Below are positions 34,769 through 47,139 of a DNA stretch of 64,000 nt, piece after piece. The number at the start of each line of letters is the position of its first letter. Position 1 is the stretch's first letter. This stretch comes from Podospora anserina (Eukaryota), in contig CM030334.1 in assembly GCA_017654855.1 (NCBI GenBank), positions 1,178,001-1,242,000 of the forward strand, in the 5' to 3' direction. The position numbers and the translations under genes are program-made. The notes under the pieces were generated by a model, which did no database searches, was not told the origin of the DNA, and saw nothing but the letters and a program-made list of their open reading frames with translations.

Positions 34769-36857
34769 CTTGGTGGGTGGCTCTCTGAGGATGTGATATT
34801 CTGTAGGCCAGCTGCCGAGGTTTGCAAGTCGAGTCGAAGTGACTGGCGCTGAAAAGGTCGAGGCGTCAAGAGGATGATCAACAATCCAGGCTATTGTCTC
34901 TGTCGAAGAGACTGTGAAAGAATAGGGAGAAACAAGAACCAAAAAGGAACGGCTGGCTCTTGATGCTCCAAACTGAAGCGAAGCGAAGGAATGACCAAAG
35001 ATATACTTTTGTCAAAGCACGAGTAGAACTCCCAGAGTCGAAAAGAATGAATGACAGCCTGGTGTCAAAGAGGGAAAAGAGTCTCAGGACTGACTGAGGG
35101 ACAAGAGAGGAAGCAAGCACCCGACCTGCTGGGACCAACTATGGTCTTATACAACAGGATGCACACGCAGCATGACAAACAAACAGCCGAGGAGAACCAA
35201 CGCAACAATGATAGGGGGTGCAACCAACACAGGGATCCCTACCACGAGAGCAAGGGACCGGAAAATTTACCTCACGTTCCTGTGCATCCATACTGTGTGC
35301 ATGCAGGTACCGAGATCCTCCCTGCCACTTACATGTAAATCCTCCCGGCGTAGCCATCCAAGAGCACCGGTCCGGAGGTAGGGTCGGGATGTTTCCCCAG
35401 GGGTCATCCATCCAACACAGGGTACAGTCAGAAAAAGAATCCAGCCGTAAAGGACTCGGTTTGTTTGTCGTGAGCAAACAACCCCTTATGATTGGCGCCC
35501 ACCTCCTGGACCACCTCAGCACCTCCCAACGCCACTGTTTGAACCTGAGCCATCCGCCTGCATATCACAAAAGGGGGGCTAACAATCGCGGGGTGGAAGC
35601 TGCGGGAGTCCGTTTGCTTGGTTGTGCGACGTCATCCCGTCATTCCCAATGGATCGACTCTCCTCTTTTTTTTTGTTTACCCCTGGATTTTGGCTGCCGT
35701 TGAAACACGCCGCCAAATGCAGGGGTAGCAAGAGAGGTTTTTGTTTTCCTCCGAAGTTGGTGCGGGAACATGCAGATCAGTAGATCGTCCGTCCCTCCAC
35801 TCCGGTGGTCCAGGTCCGTGGATTCCAAGACATTGGTGTTTCGTAACTTCTCAGCTGGGAGAGAGCGGTGATGCGGCTCTGGTGGTGATGGTTTTGCGCT
35901 TCGAGAAGTTGCATTGGCGGCAATCTTGGTAGGTTTTAGCGGCGAGCGGCAATGGGGGAAGCTCGCCCAATCGTGGGTTAACCGCCGTGGTGGGTTCCCC
36001 TCTATTTTTGACGACGACCAGAACCCAGGCTAATAAATATCAGATTGCGAATGGTCGTTCAACTGATGATGACGAGAGCGAGATTTCATCTATTTGACGG
36101 GCACAGTAGTTGTTAGCTTGTTACTGTCAGAAATGACATATACAGCAGCTACTGCTGGTGAATCGGCCTTCAGTCTCCGATGTCCGAGGTGCAGGTGAAG
36201 GGACTCGCGGAAAATGCTCCAAAAATGTGACACGACACGGCACTTATTTCCAGGCGCATTTTTCACACAGGAGGTGATGTGAAAAGTTCCTCGAGAGCTG
36301 AGATGAGGAGATGTGAAACGTAACAGTGCGGACGACGATTTGGTCGAGGCTGAAAGACTTGGTCTGATGAGCGGCGGCAGTAGTCGCAAGGAATGGGTAT
36401 ATCTCCTGTCTTGGCGGTTGATCTTGAAGAAGTGAGGTCTAATAGAAGCCGCTGTCAATAAAGTTGATGGCTGGAAGGAATAATAGGTACTGACCACTCG
36501 AAGTGAGCAGGCTGGGTTGCTCCCTCGTGCCTGCCCTCGAAGCAAGCCCTCCTTTGACCTCATTCATTCAGTCTCCCTCCATAAACTCGCACATCACTCA
36601 ACTACCGCAACTCATGCAGCCAGCCTCCGACTCCAAAGCAGTGTAATCCATCACCATCTCAAACCCCTCATTCCACCATCTCCATCTCTTCCGCGTCCGA
36701 TCCACAACCTCGATAGCCTCGCTTACACAGCACAAGTGTTTCCCCGGACGGAGCAACATACCTGCATCTGACACCAATATTGATCTCTCTTCAACTGCCG
36801 ATCCTTCAGTGATTACAGTAGCCTCCCGTCAAAAGCACCCACCCGAACTCATTCACA

Positions 36858-36914
36858 CATGGCTCACTCACTTGCGCACTCACCCATGGCTCACCCACTT
36901 ACGCACTCATCCAT
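36858..36914. repeat. Short tandem duplication, about 26 bp x2
   Basis: CATGGCTCACTCACTTGCGCACTCAC followed by CCATGGCTCACCCACTTACGCACTCATCCATG. Confidence 0.6.
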
Positions 36915-37562
36915 GAACGAGACTTCTAATCCTCACTAAGCCACCGACATACGGCCGTGCGACCCTTTTCTGTTCCTCTGCCCAATCTTTCCTGCGATGT
37001 CTCAAGCCTACCTGCCTACCTTCCTTGATGTTGTCAGATCATGCCTAGCAGCCCAACCCGTCCCGAGTCCGACAAGACAAATCCAGACCTTTTACTTCTC
37101 TCATCATACCTACCTACCTACCCTACCAAACTTATAACTCGGATGCTCGGCACTGCCCAACCATGACGATACCGACAAAACCCCAAGGGTGAACGTTAGT
37201 CATTCATCTCGATCACCAACAGGATTGGACAGCGGATCTGAGAGAGCAGAAGAAGGAAAACAAAACAAAACAAGGCAATGCATTGAACAAGAAGCAAGCG
37301 TCTAACCATCTATATAAAACCCAAATATACCCATGAGGTATTATTCCTTTCATCCTTGGATTTTCCCGGTGATTCATAACGATAGTCATAATCAGCCCTC
37401 TTTTCATATCTACCTCATGTAGCATACCCCTATCAAAGGTGGTATACTCAGAGAAGATGCCCAAAACCCAGACTCAAACCCATCAGTTCCCTATACCCAA
37501 AGAAATTGCAAAAGAAAAAGGATCTTCAGAAAAGCCGTTATCGAAGTCTAAAAGGTACCCTC

Positions 37563-37662
37563 AATGGCGAAGAAAGAGGTGCAATGGCGAAGAAGTAGAT
37601 GCGGCGGTGAAGCAAGAGGTGCAGTGGTGAAGAAAGAGGTGCAGTGGCGAAGCAAGAGGTGC
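37563..37662. repeat. 20-bp minisatellite x5
   Basis: Imperfect units of AGTGGCGAAGAAAGAGGTGC directly downstream of the zinc-finger gene. Confidence 0.8.
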
Positions 37663-37718
37663 GACGACATGCTGAGGGGTTGAGTGTCGAGAGCTCTCTT
37701 CGGAGAGCCAGGCGCTGA

Positions 37719-39146
37719 TCAGTGGTCGTAGGTGTTCCTTGTCCAAACTGGAGTGTCCTCTTGATCCACTTCATGGGGTGCATCATATTCATCCACCACT
37801 AGATCCGGCCGAGGTGTATAAGCCTGCTGGAAGGCCGAGGGATTGTTGGTGCGCATTCCAAACGCACCAGCAGTTTGACCGGCAGAAAATAAGCTGCCCG
37901 TGCCGGCCAGGAGAGGGCCACTAAGAGGGTCGTTGATCCCAGATAGTGGCTCATGAGGTGCATGCATGTCGCCCATCAAGGAAGCCGGCCGAGTTGTAGA
38001 AGGCTGCTGGGAGGTTGGGGGGTTGTTGATGTACAGTTGACCATGTCCAGCAGGAACCGCGGTCTGGCCAGAAAAAAAGCTGGCACTAAAGCCCAGAGGA
38101 TAGCCTTCTAGATTGCCGTTGATGCCTGTAAGCGATCGGCTCATCTCATTTTGAGCAGCCACAAACTCAACATGACTGGATGCCGGTAGTGAAGCCACTC
38201 CAGTCGGGGTCTCAGAGGCCTGCGAGTAACTGAAGCCGTGAAAAGGAATCCCGTGGGGGGGGGGCAATAAAGCAGTGGGACTTTTGTTGCACCAGGCACA
38301 GCTCTCACTGTTTTTAGGAAGTGAGATGCCCAAGGGTGGCTCTGTCGGTATCGGCGAGGTGGGTAGGGAGTAGGATACGAAGCCGAGCTTTCCAGCCCAG
38401 AAGGCCAACAGTTCACTATCCTGAGCATTGAAATGGCGAGTCTCCAACACCTTCCTCAACACGAATGAGGTATGCGGCTGCCATTCGAAGTGTTCCACGT
38501 CGTTGCCCTGAGCCTTGAAGGCCTCATACACACCATATTGGCGCATGAGATTCCGGAAACGATTCGAATAAGACCACTCGTGACCTGCGGCCATGTGGTT
38601 GGCGATGTGCTTGCAGTAGTCTTGAGCGGTTGCAGTAATTCTTGCAGGTTCGGAGTGGTCGGATACTATAAAGACCTCCCTGCAAACCTTTGCACCACAT
38701 GCAAAGACGACCTGTGGGCATAATGCAGTTTTGCAGTCTTCCAGTAAGTCTTCCAGTTTCCCACAGCGAATCGGTTTATGGCCAGCCTCCTTCAGATGTC
38801 CTTTCATCCCAGGAATGGAGTCAAACGGCTTGCCGCAGCCGCTCTGGGGACACTCCCACTGACAGTGGTTCGTGAGGTGAAATTTGTGCAAATGTGTGAC
38901 AAGATTGGCTTTCTGCTTGAAGGGTTTACTTGGCCCGACTTCCAAACACAGCATACAACGAAGGGAAGCAATGTCGGTGTCACTGTCTGTCCGGGCTGAG
39001 GCGCCCTCCAACAGTGTGTGGATTCCCGGTTGCTCTCCATGATCGGCAAGATGCATTCCGATAGCCGTAAAAAATTCGACAAGTTCGCTCCTTGTGAATT
39101 CACCTAGGGCTCTTTCAAGCCACATGTTGATCTTGGGTGAAGTCAT
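37719..39146 (-). CDS. Lineage-specific C2H2 zinc-finger protein
   Basis: Intronless frame from MTSPKINMWLE. Motifs CMLC..FKQKANLVTHLHKFH, WECPQSGCGKPF..HLKEAGH and FACGAKVC..KHIANH. Low-complexity C-terminus with an internal duplication. Confidence 0.72.
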   Translation of the reverse strand: MTSPKINMWLERALGEFTRSELVEFFTAIGMHLADHGEQPGIHTLLEGASARTDSDTDIASLRCMLCLEVGPSKPFKQKANLVTHLHKFHLTNHCQWECPQSGCGKPFDSIPGMKGHLKEAGHKPIRCGKLEDLLEDCKTALCPQVVFACGAKVCREVFIVSDHSEPARITATAQDYCKHIANHMAAGHEWSYSNRFRNLMRQYGVYEAFKAQGNDVEHFEWQPHTSFVLRKVLETRHFNAQDSELLAFWAGKLGFVSYSLPTSPIPTEPPLGISLPKNSESCAWCNKSPTALLPPPHGIPFHGFSYSQASETPTGVASLPASSHVEFVAAQNEMSRSLTGINGNLEGYPLGFSASFFSGQTAVPAGHGQLYINNPPTSQQPSTTRPASLMGDMHAPHEPLSGINDPLSGPLLAGTGSLFSAGQTAGAFGMRTNNPSAFQQAYTPRPDLVVDEYDAPHEVDQEDTPVWTRNTYDH

Positions 39147-41407
39147 TGTGAGCTGCTGAGATTGGCGCGCCGAGTTCCAGGTTGGTAGTATTGGAGAGGG
39201 AACGGGACAATGTTCGACGATGGACTCTACCAGGTCCAGGTAGAAAATGAACAGGAACTGTCGAGTGAGGTTGAGTGTGTTCGCGGGTATCAATATGATA
39301 AGAAAAGTGATGTCTTTGGGATGGAGGCGTGGTCTCTTTGGAAGAGCAGAATAGATTTGGCGTCGTTGAGATGAGCTGTGAAGAGTGATGGTGGCTTTGG
39401 TGTCTTTGGAGTGGGAAGTGCGTATGTGTAGAGGGCGTGTCGCTTGGGAAAGGCGCAAAACAATATATTCAAGATAGCAGACCCCACGCTATTTGGACCG
39501 AAGGCATGGTATTTAAAAGATGAAGACTTTGCTTTTGAGTTGAAGGCGTAATTCAAAGATTGAAGGCGTGTCGAGCCGTGTTGAGACCCGGATTGTCAAT
39601 AAAGAAGCGAATCCAGAATGAAGACGGTAGTTAGAATAAGCTGGCGGAAAGACAGAAGACGATGAAATAGAGCCGAAATGAGGAGTTGTCGAATCTGCCA
39701 AGAAGCAAGTGAAGGTGGTGGTGGTGGTGGGTGAAGGTGGGAAGAGAATGTAAACAGATCTGGTGAGGGTTCAAGGAATGAAAAGAAGGGGCTGCTCGAT
39801 ACGTTTTCCTTCATCCATCTCACCCCCCCTCCCCGAGAATTCCGCCCTGAAAACTGAGGGTGAATTTGCACCACATCACCGCCATCTCAGTGACGGGACT
39901 TGGGAGAAATCTGGGGGACTCCAGCTAGCTACACTATTGTTAATATCAGTACCTACCTACCTATTGCGTAGCTTGAGCAGTTCTACCTGGAGGAGACTAT
40001 TTCAAGGTACAGAAGAGGCTCAGAGAGCATCAGAGGTGCTAAATTACCACTGTGATTGACGAAACCACTTCAACATCGCCATATATTCACAAACATTTTT
40101 TGCCTTGATTTTTTTTGCTGTTCCAAAGCTTGGCCTTCAGGAAAGGTGACAAGCAAGAAAGCGTATGGAACGAAGTCGACCGACATCGCAAGATAAGTTG
40201 CGGTGTGCTTAATGCAGCGGTAAACAGGGGTAGGCATCACCAATCACATCATGTGTGTGAGTTGATTCGATCATGTTTGATGACTGAGCCGGGCTGAAGT
40301 GGGCTTTTTTTGTTAAAACGAAACATGCGAACGTCTTCGAAAGGTTGACCTCGAGAAGGAGCGCGGATTATTTTCTCTGAACGTCACCCTCATTTCCAGC
40401 CCTTTCATCGGCAGAGGTTGTAAGTCGAGAAGCTCAGCTGGGCAAGAGGGTTGATATTGATGACCCGCAGCGTGAGGCGCAGCAGTTCAGGGTTGACAGT
40501 TGTGCCGACCTGACCTGAGTGGCCAGCGCATGCCGATGGGAGACGCTCTGACAACAATACATCTCATCATCCCCCGATTGGACTTGCCATGCTTCAAAGG
40601 TGTTCCAATGTGTCATTTCTTTGGTGTAGTAAAACTAGCTGTCTGCATTTCTAGCCGCCATTGGTGTCCATTATCTAGAGTTCCCCTTCCGTTTTGTCAC
40701 TTTGTTGGCGATTTTGACAGTCATCAAACATCTCATCATCACCACTGGCAATGGGACAGGAGAGTGTACCTAGGTATCCATGCCCAATGCGCAATAGGAA
40801 AATTTTACTGATGTTGCTCCGTGAACACCACAAGTTCTAAGCTCTACTCTTCCAATATGCACATCTGACAGATAGGTACCCCTTCATTGCAAGCATCACG
40901 CCCACCTTCCACAAGCTCTCATGATACCGCCATGGCAGAAACAAGCCGCCAGTCCGCTTCTCCCAACATTATCTTACAACAGCATCACACAGGGGTTGTC
41001 CAACATACCTACCCAAAACGAACCCTCCACAACCATCCACAAATTATTTTACACTTCACACTTCAAGCTTCACATCTCACCCCTCACATCAACCCTCTGA
41101 ATCTAGCCCTCAGAATCAACCCAACCAAAAAAATCTTTTGAATAATAACTATGTATCTTATAAAACAACATCCCACACATCAATGATAAAGTAAACCCCC
41201 TTATCACATAATCAAAAGACGAATATAACAAGGAAATCCTTAGAGATAGACAGCCAGAGACAGAGAGACAAGACAAATCCTCAAAAAAACATATCCTTCT
41301 TTTTCTTTTCGCACCCCAAGAACTTGAAAAAAAATGATATGCAAAACATTATATGATTAGTTTTAACAGTTTAACACCCCCCCACCCTCCCCATCTTCAG
41401 TTCAGTT

Positions 41408-44400
41408 TTACAAGTTCCCAGAGAGAATCGCTTCAGTGGCTGTCACCTTGTTAGCCTCACATCATCACTTGGGGGGAAACAAAACAGTGGAGGTACTCAC
41501 CCGAATTAATAAACGCCCTCCTCCCATCAAGCGGCACCCCAAACCTCCTTTCCAGCTCCATCTTGATCTGCTTCTTCGTCACAGTCATCAGGTCCGCCGT
41601 CCTCAAAATCTCCCTAATCTCCGCCAGCAACGCCTCATCGCTCGGCATCCCCGCCAGGTTCGTCATCTCCAGCTCCTGCTGGCTCCCGGCACCCACACCC
41701 AAAAACTGGCTACCCCCAAACTGGCTCTGCCTATTCCCCGCCATGAGCATCTCCGACGCCGCCAGGCTCATCCGGCTCTGGTTCTGGTGATACCCCGTCG
41801 TGCTCACCGGGCGGGAGGGCACATACCCATACTCCGACACGGCAACAGGATGCTTGGTCGCATACGAAAAACCCGACACCTCCGACCTCGCGTCGTCGCG
41901 CGAAGTTTGCGCCTCCCAAAGCTCAGCCTGATACTCCTCCCACTTCTTTCTTGGAATGGAGCTCGGGTCGAATTTGCCCTCGTCGGAAATGACGACTTTC
42001 TTGCCGTCCTCGCCGGCGATGACACGAGTGTTGCCCCAGTTGAAGTCGTCCATGTGCCAAAAGGCATACAGCGGCAGGGCAAAGCTGAACACGGGAATGG
42101 CGAGGACGTACAGAATCATCCACCCAATCATCTCCCACTTGCGACGGAGGATAAAGATGATGGCCTGCAGGCCGTAGATCGCTCCGAGAAGGACAAAGGC
42201 GGTAACAGGGATGACGGTCGCCTTTTGGGTGACCATGACGATGAGGTAGACGATGTAGGCGATCGTGACAGGCTGGACAATGGTGGACATCAAGTCGATG
42301 AACACGATGAACCTCATGCTGAAGCAGCAGAAGCCGCAGAGCTGATTCAGAGGGATAAGTTCCATCAGGTTGTGAACGGTAGAGTTGATCCATCTGCGGC
42401 GCTGGGACAAAAACACAGTCCAGGAATCGGGCGCGATGGTCCAGGCGTGCGCGGAAAAGATGTACTTGGTCTTGTACTTGGAGTGGTACTTGAGGAGCAA
42501 CGTTGTCAGGTAGCGATCCTCACCCAGGTGCAGCAAGTTCTTCATGTGAAGCGTGTCGACACGGATGGTGGCGTAGCCCTCGATGATTTCGCGACTGACA
42601 AACAGCGGCTTGCCCGTCTCGGCGGCGCGGATGCGGTACATGGAGAAACAACCGGGCAAGCAGGTGACGGAGCCGAAGAGGGATTCGAAGGCCTTGGACA
42701 AGTTGTGAGAAATGTAGTACTCGTAGACCTGGATCATGGTGACGAAGGACGATTTGGCGTTGGTCAGGGCTGTCTCACCGCACACGGCAATGAGACGGGT
42801 GTCGTCGAGGAAGGAGGAGACCATGCGGGTAGCCGAATCAGCAGCCACAACGGTATCAGCGTCGATTTGAAGCAAATACTCGTAAAAGGTCGGGTTGACG
42901 CCAATGATGTTGCGGATCTGGTGGTACATTTCGAGTTCGAGAGGGCTCATGGCAAGGTTGTAGTGGACGCGGTTGAGGAAGCGCATGATGATCATCTGAG
43001 AATCACGCTTGCCACGGTTGCCAGGTCGCGAGACTTCAGAAGGCTTGCCGACCTTGGAGACGACCAGGAAAGGAACGATGTGACCCTGGACCTCGTACAA
43101 ACCAGAATAAACCTTGCCCATATTGTGCTGCTTCTGACCTTCACCCAAAGACTCAAAGCTCAAGGGCTCAGGGTCGACCGTCTCAGAAACACCCAAGATA
43201 TCGAGGACAATACGGGGGGTGGGCCTATCGTTGCCTTGACCGATGATCATACCATCGCAGACAATAACCAACAGTTTGCGCTTGTCATCGTACCGCATGC
43301 GAGCAGCCGAATCGATGGCACGACGGAGAGACTCTTCGTCTTCGGTATAAGCCGGAATCTGACACATGACAAACTTGTCGAGATTCTCTGGGATATTCTT
43401 GGTACCAAACTGCAAAGCAGCAAAGAACTTGAAGGCGATAACGGAAGCCAGCAGAATCGAGATGGACAGGACGAGGTATTCCGAGAACTTGCACTGCGCC
43501 GAGCTACGTGTGTCGACATCGGCCACGTAGAAGAGATTGTCGAGACACAAGCGCATCCTGCTCTTCATGCCAGCGTCAAGATCCATCCCTTCCCAGAGGG
43601 CCGAGACATCCTCGCCAGAGCGTCCGCTGAATAAACCGACGACCTGCTCGTGCATGAACTCGGAGGCCTCGCGATCAGTAGGCTCGGGTTCACCAGGAGG
43701 ATTCCTCTGGCCACGACCACCCTTCAGGTATCTAGTCATGTCGTAGACACGGCCGTCCAGGATGGCAATGGCCTCACCCTTGTTGGCAAGTGTGCGGACA
43801 TACTCGGCTGAGTAACCGATATTTCCAACCTTGTATCCCGAATCACGGAGCATACGCATCTGCTGCGAGAACCAATCCGGTCTGCTGTCGTTGGTGAAGT
43901 GACGGAAGTCGTGGTATTTCCAGTTGGTATCCTCGCGGTTAAGAATGTTGGCAGAGCCGGTGAGGTTGGTGTTGCGGTAGTCTAGCTGGACAGCAGGATC
44001 GATTTCGCCATACTGGCCCTGGCAAACAGCAGAGACTTGCACGGGGAACAGACCGGTGATATCCATGCCGCCGTACTGCTTGAGCATCTTCTCAGGGAGA
44101 ACATCCCTACCGGGGTAATGGCGCGGGTAGAAAGCACCGATATCGAAGACCTGGCCACGAATGGCAGCATAGGCGGGATTGTCGTCCTTGCCATCATACC
44201 GCGAAAGCTCCTCGGGACTGTATACGTGCTGGCGCGGGCAGATAAGCATGGGGAAACCGACGATGAAAAAGGCAGCAACAAGACAAGAGAACCAGATGAT
44301 CATGTTGATGGCCAACTTTTCTCTCCATGCCATGCGCACATCCTTTCGTGACATGCGGCCCAACCATCTGATCAAGAAGTCAGGAATGAACCAGGTCAAG

Positions 44401-47139
44401 AAGTACACGATAAACACCCAACGCTTGCGGCTCGGGCTGTCCTTGTACACCTCGACCTCCTCCATCGTCTTTTCGTTGCCACGCTCCGCCATCTGTTCTC
44501 TCGTCTCGAGGTTCTGGAACATGTCGCCGTTGCCCATGACCGAGACCCCAGCGTCGGACCTTGCATCCACATCATTGCTGCCAAAGTAACCGGCCTTCTT
44601 TTCGCTTGGGATGCTACCGGGAGTAGCGCCCGCGGACAATGGCAGCCGCTCCTTGGACAGGAAAGGGTTAGACACCCCGTCTCCGCCATCCGTATACGGC
44701 CCCTGCGAGAAGCCGTCACCCAGCTGGGCAATCTCCATCCAGCACCTCTCACTGAGAAACACACCAGTAGCACCAATAGCCACCTCATTGCTCGGCCACC
44801 TCTTGTCCTCCACAACCATCTCAACCTTCTCCCTCTCACTCCCCACCAGCACCGTCTGCGCATCAGCAAGTCCCAAAAACTCCCCAAACGGCAGGAACAG
44901 GCTAAAATCAGCAGACCGAATCCGCTGGCTGATCTCAGAGATACCAAACGTCTGGACCTGAGCCCGCACACACTTGGTATCGAACTGATTCGCGATCCTC
45001 CTATCATTCGGCTTGAGACAGAAAACAAAGTAGCAGTTCGTGCCCGGAGCATTAAAAGCACGCGTGACGTTGTCCAGCGCAGCCAAAAACTGCCCCGACG
45101 CCCCTTGCTCCGAGCCCATGACAGAACCCGCTCCCTTGCCCTCACCAACCTCACTCCCCTGATCAGAGGCATCCCCTCTTTCAGGAACAGGCAAAACGCG
45201 AGGCTGACGCGCCGCACCTGGGCGTCCGCGCTTCGACATGATACTGGGCGCGCGCATCGGCTTGGAGCTGACAGACGCCTGCATGACAGTCTGCCTCTCC
45301 TGAGGGTGCACCACCGTCTGCAGCGCCTCTTGGCCAAACAGACGGGCGACAAACTCGCTCTTGCTCTGCCTGATCAGGTTCATCAGGTCGCCAGAGATGA
45401 CCTCGCCGTTTTCCTCCACCAGCCCCTTGATCGGGTAGTCGACCTCGCCGGCAAAGTGCTTGACAACAAAGCTGGCGGCATCGTTTGTGGTGTAAAAGTT
45501 GGAACCGGGAAGCTTGGCTTGGGAGGCACCGACCTGGATGGCTGGGTTCTTGCCTTCGAAGCGTTTCCTGAAGCTCTCGAGAAGCTGGATATCGGTGCGG
45601 TGGCGGCGGGTTTGATCGTCGAGAATGCTCAAGAGGCCGTTGCCGGGCTTGAGAAGGCCTTTGACGGCGTCCGAGTTGTCAAAGTAGCTGGTTGATGGAA
45701 CAACCACCTCTTCGGTCTCGAGGATCTCCCCCTTGCGGTCAAAGAAGTTTTGGAGGGTAAGGTTATACAGAGCCTCGTTGGCGGCGTTGGTGAGAAGGTG
45801 GTCCAAGGTCGAGCCGGTGGTAGACTGTTGCTGGAAGCCAGGGAAGTCAATGATGGAGATGGTATTGGAGAACGTGCCCTCATCAGCGCAGAGCTTGCGG
45901 TTGATCGTCTCGATGATGTAGGCCACCAGAAGCGAGTAGAGCGTCCGGGCGAGCTCGTTGGCATTCCCTCTCGCGCCCTGTGGGTCGAGCATGACCGTGA
46001 CTCTCTCCTTGTGAATCATCTTGGTCTTGTACCCAAGAGTCGTCTGAAGCTCCACTGAGCTGACACCCAAGAATGCGGCAACAATACCCAAAACATCCTT
46101 GTTCTTGACCGTAGTAGACGTCTGAGCACCTTCGTGGGAGAAACCACCGCTCTCATCACCAGTCACCGTTGTGCTAGACGACGTCTCAAACTCGAGCTGG
46201 CCAATGTGCAGAATGGACGCCATGATCTGGCAAAGCTCGGCAATCTCACTCCGAGGGAACTCGAGCTTCCTCAGAGCCGTCTTGAAGAGCTGGAAACCTT
46301 CGGCATCGTTGATTCCAACCTTGAGCTGTGTTGGGTGACCAAGGTACCTCCATCTGTGCGTGGCCGGCACATCGAAGCCAAGATGCGTCTTTTCGGCCGG
46401 GCCCGTACCCGCCAACAAGTAGTACAGCACGTGGAAGTTGCGCTCACCCGTGGGAACATCCGCTATCCTGCTCCGTTCTAATCTGTGGTCCAGGAGCTTG
46501 GCACCGGCAAGAATAGGGGTCGTGGTGGATTCTGTGTTGTACTGGAGCTCGTAAAACAGACCAGCCTTGGACGCGGTTGGCGTCGTCGCGGTCTTTGTGG
46601 TGGTGAGCGTGTCGAAGACATAGGCGGCGAGAGAGATTTTTTGGGACAGGGGAGTGGACGACCGGTTCAAAATCGAGGTCAGAAGGTGCGAGCGAACAGT
46701 GGTCTTTCCAGATCCAGTTTCACCTCTATCAACCAATGTCAGCCATCAAGCAGCGCGCCATTACTCTTACGAGTCAAGCCAACACAACAACCAACAACGA
46801 CAAAAAGGAGCAACGGGAGAAAACAACATACAGGAACAAAACGGCCTGGTTTTCTGATCGGTGTCCCAACCGAAGCAGCGCCCTCTCGGCGAGATCATCG
46901 GCAGCAGCCGCGGCGCACCCGTCCTTGGTGCCATCCCCCTTGTTGGAGGTCGAGAAGGTGTTGAGGGCAATGAAGCCGTGCGAGGAGAGGCGTGTGATGG
47001 GGAGGCCGACGTGGAAACGACTGGCAAAGTGGGAGGTGGCATGGCTGTCGGACTGCAGGTGGTTGGGCAATGAGGGCAACGACGGTTGTGTGTGGGCCCC
47101 TCCGTCTTTCCCGCCCATGGGCGGGAGGTTGAGAGCCAT
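41408..47139 (-). CDS. csmA: Class V chitin synthase with myosin motor domain (CsmA/ChsV type)
   Basis: P-loop [22 protein letters not shown], cytochrome-b5-like segment, [25 protein letters not shown] and DEK-C tail. Introns at 46726-46831 and about 41440-41500. Confidence 0.96.

Noticed and set aside
35577-36033. GGCTAA (XlnR-type) hexamers upstream of the LPMO
   Set aside because: Two 6-mers in about 1 kb are too weak without conservation data.
41436-43634. 732-aa plus-strand ORF
   Set aside because: Antisense shadow of the class V chitin synthase.
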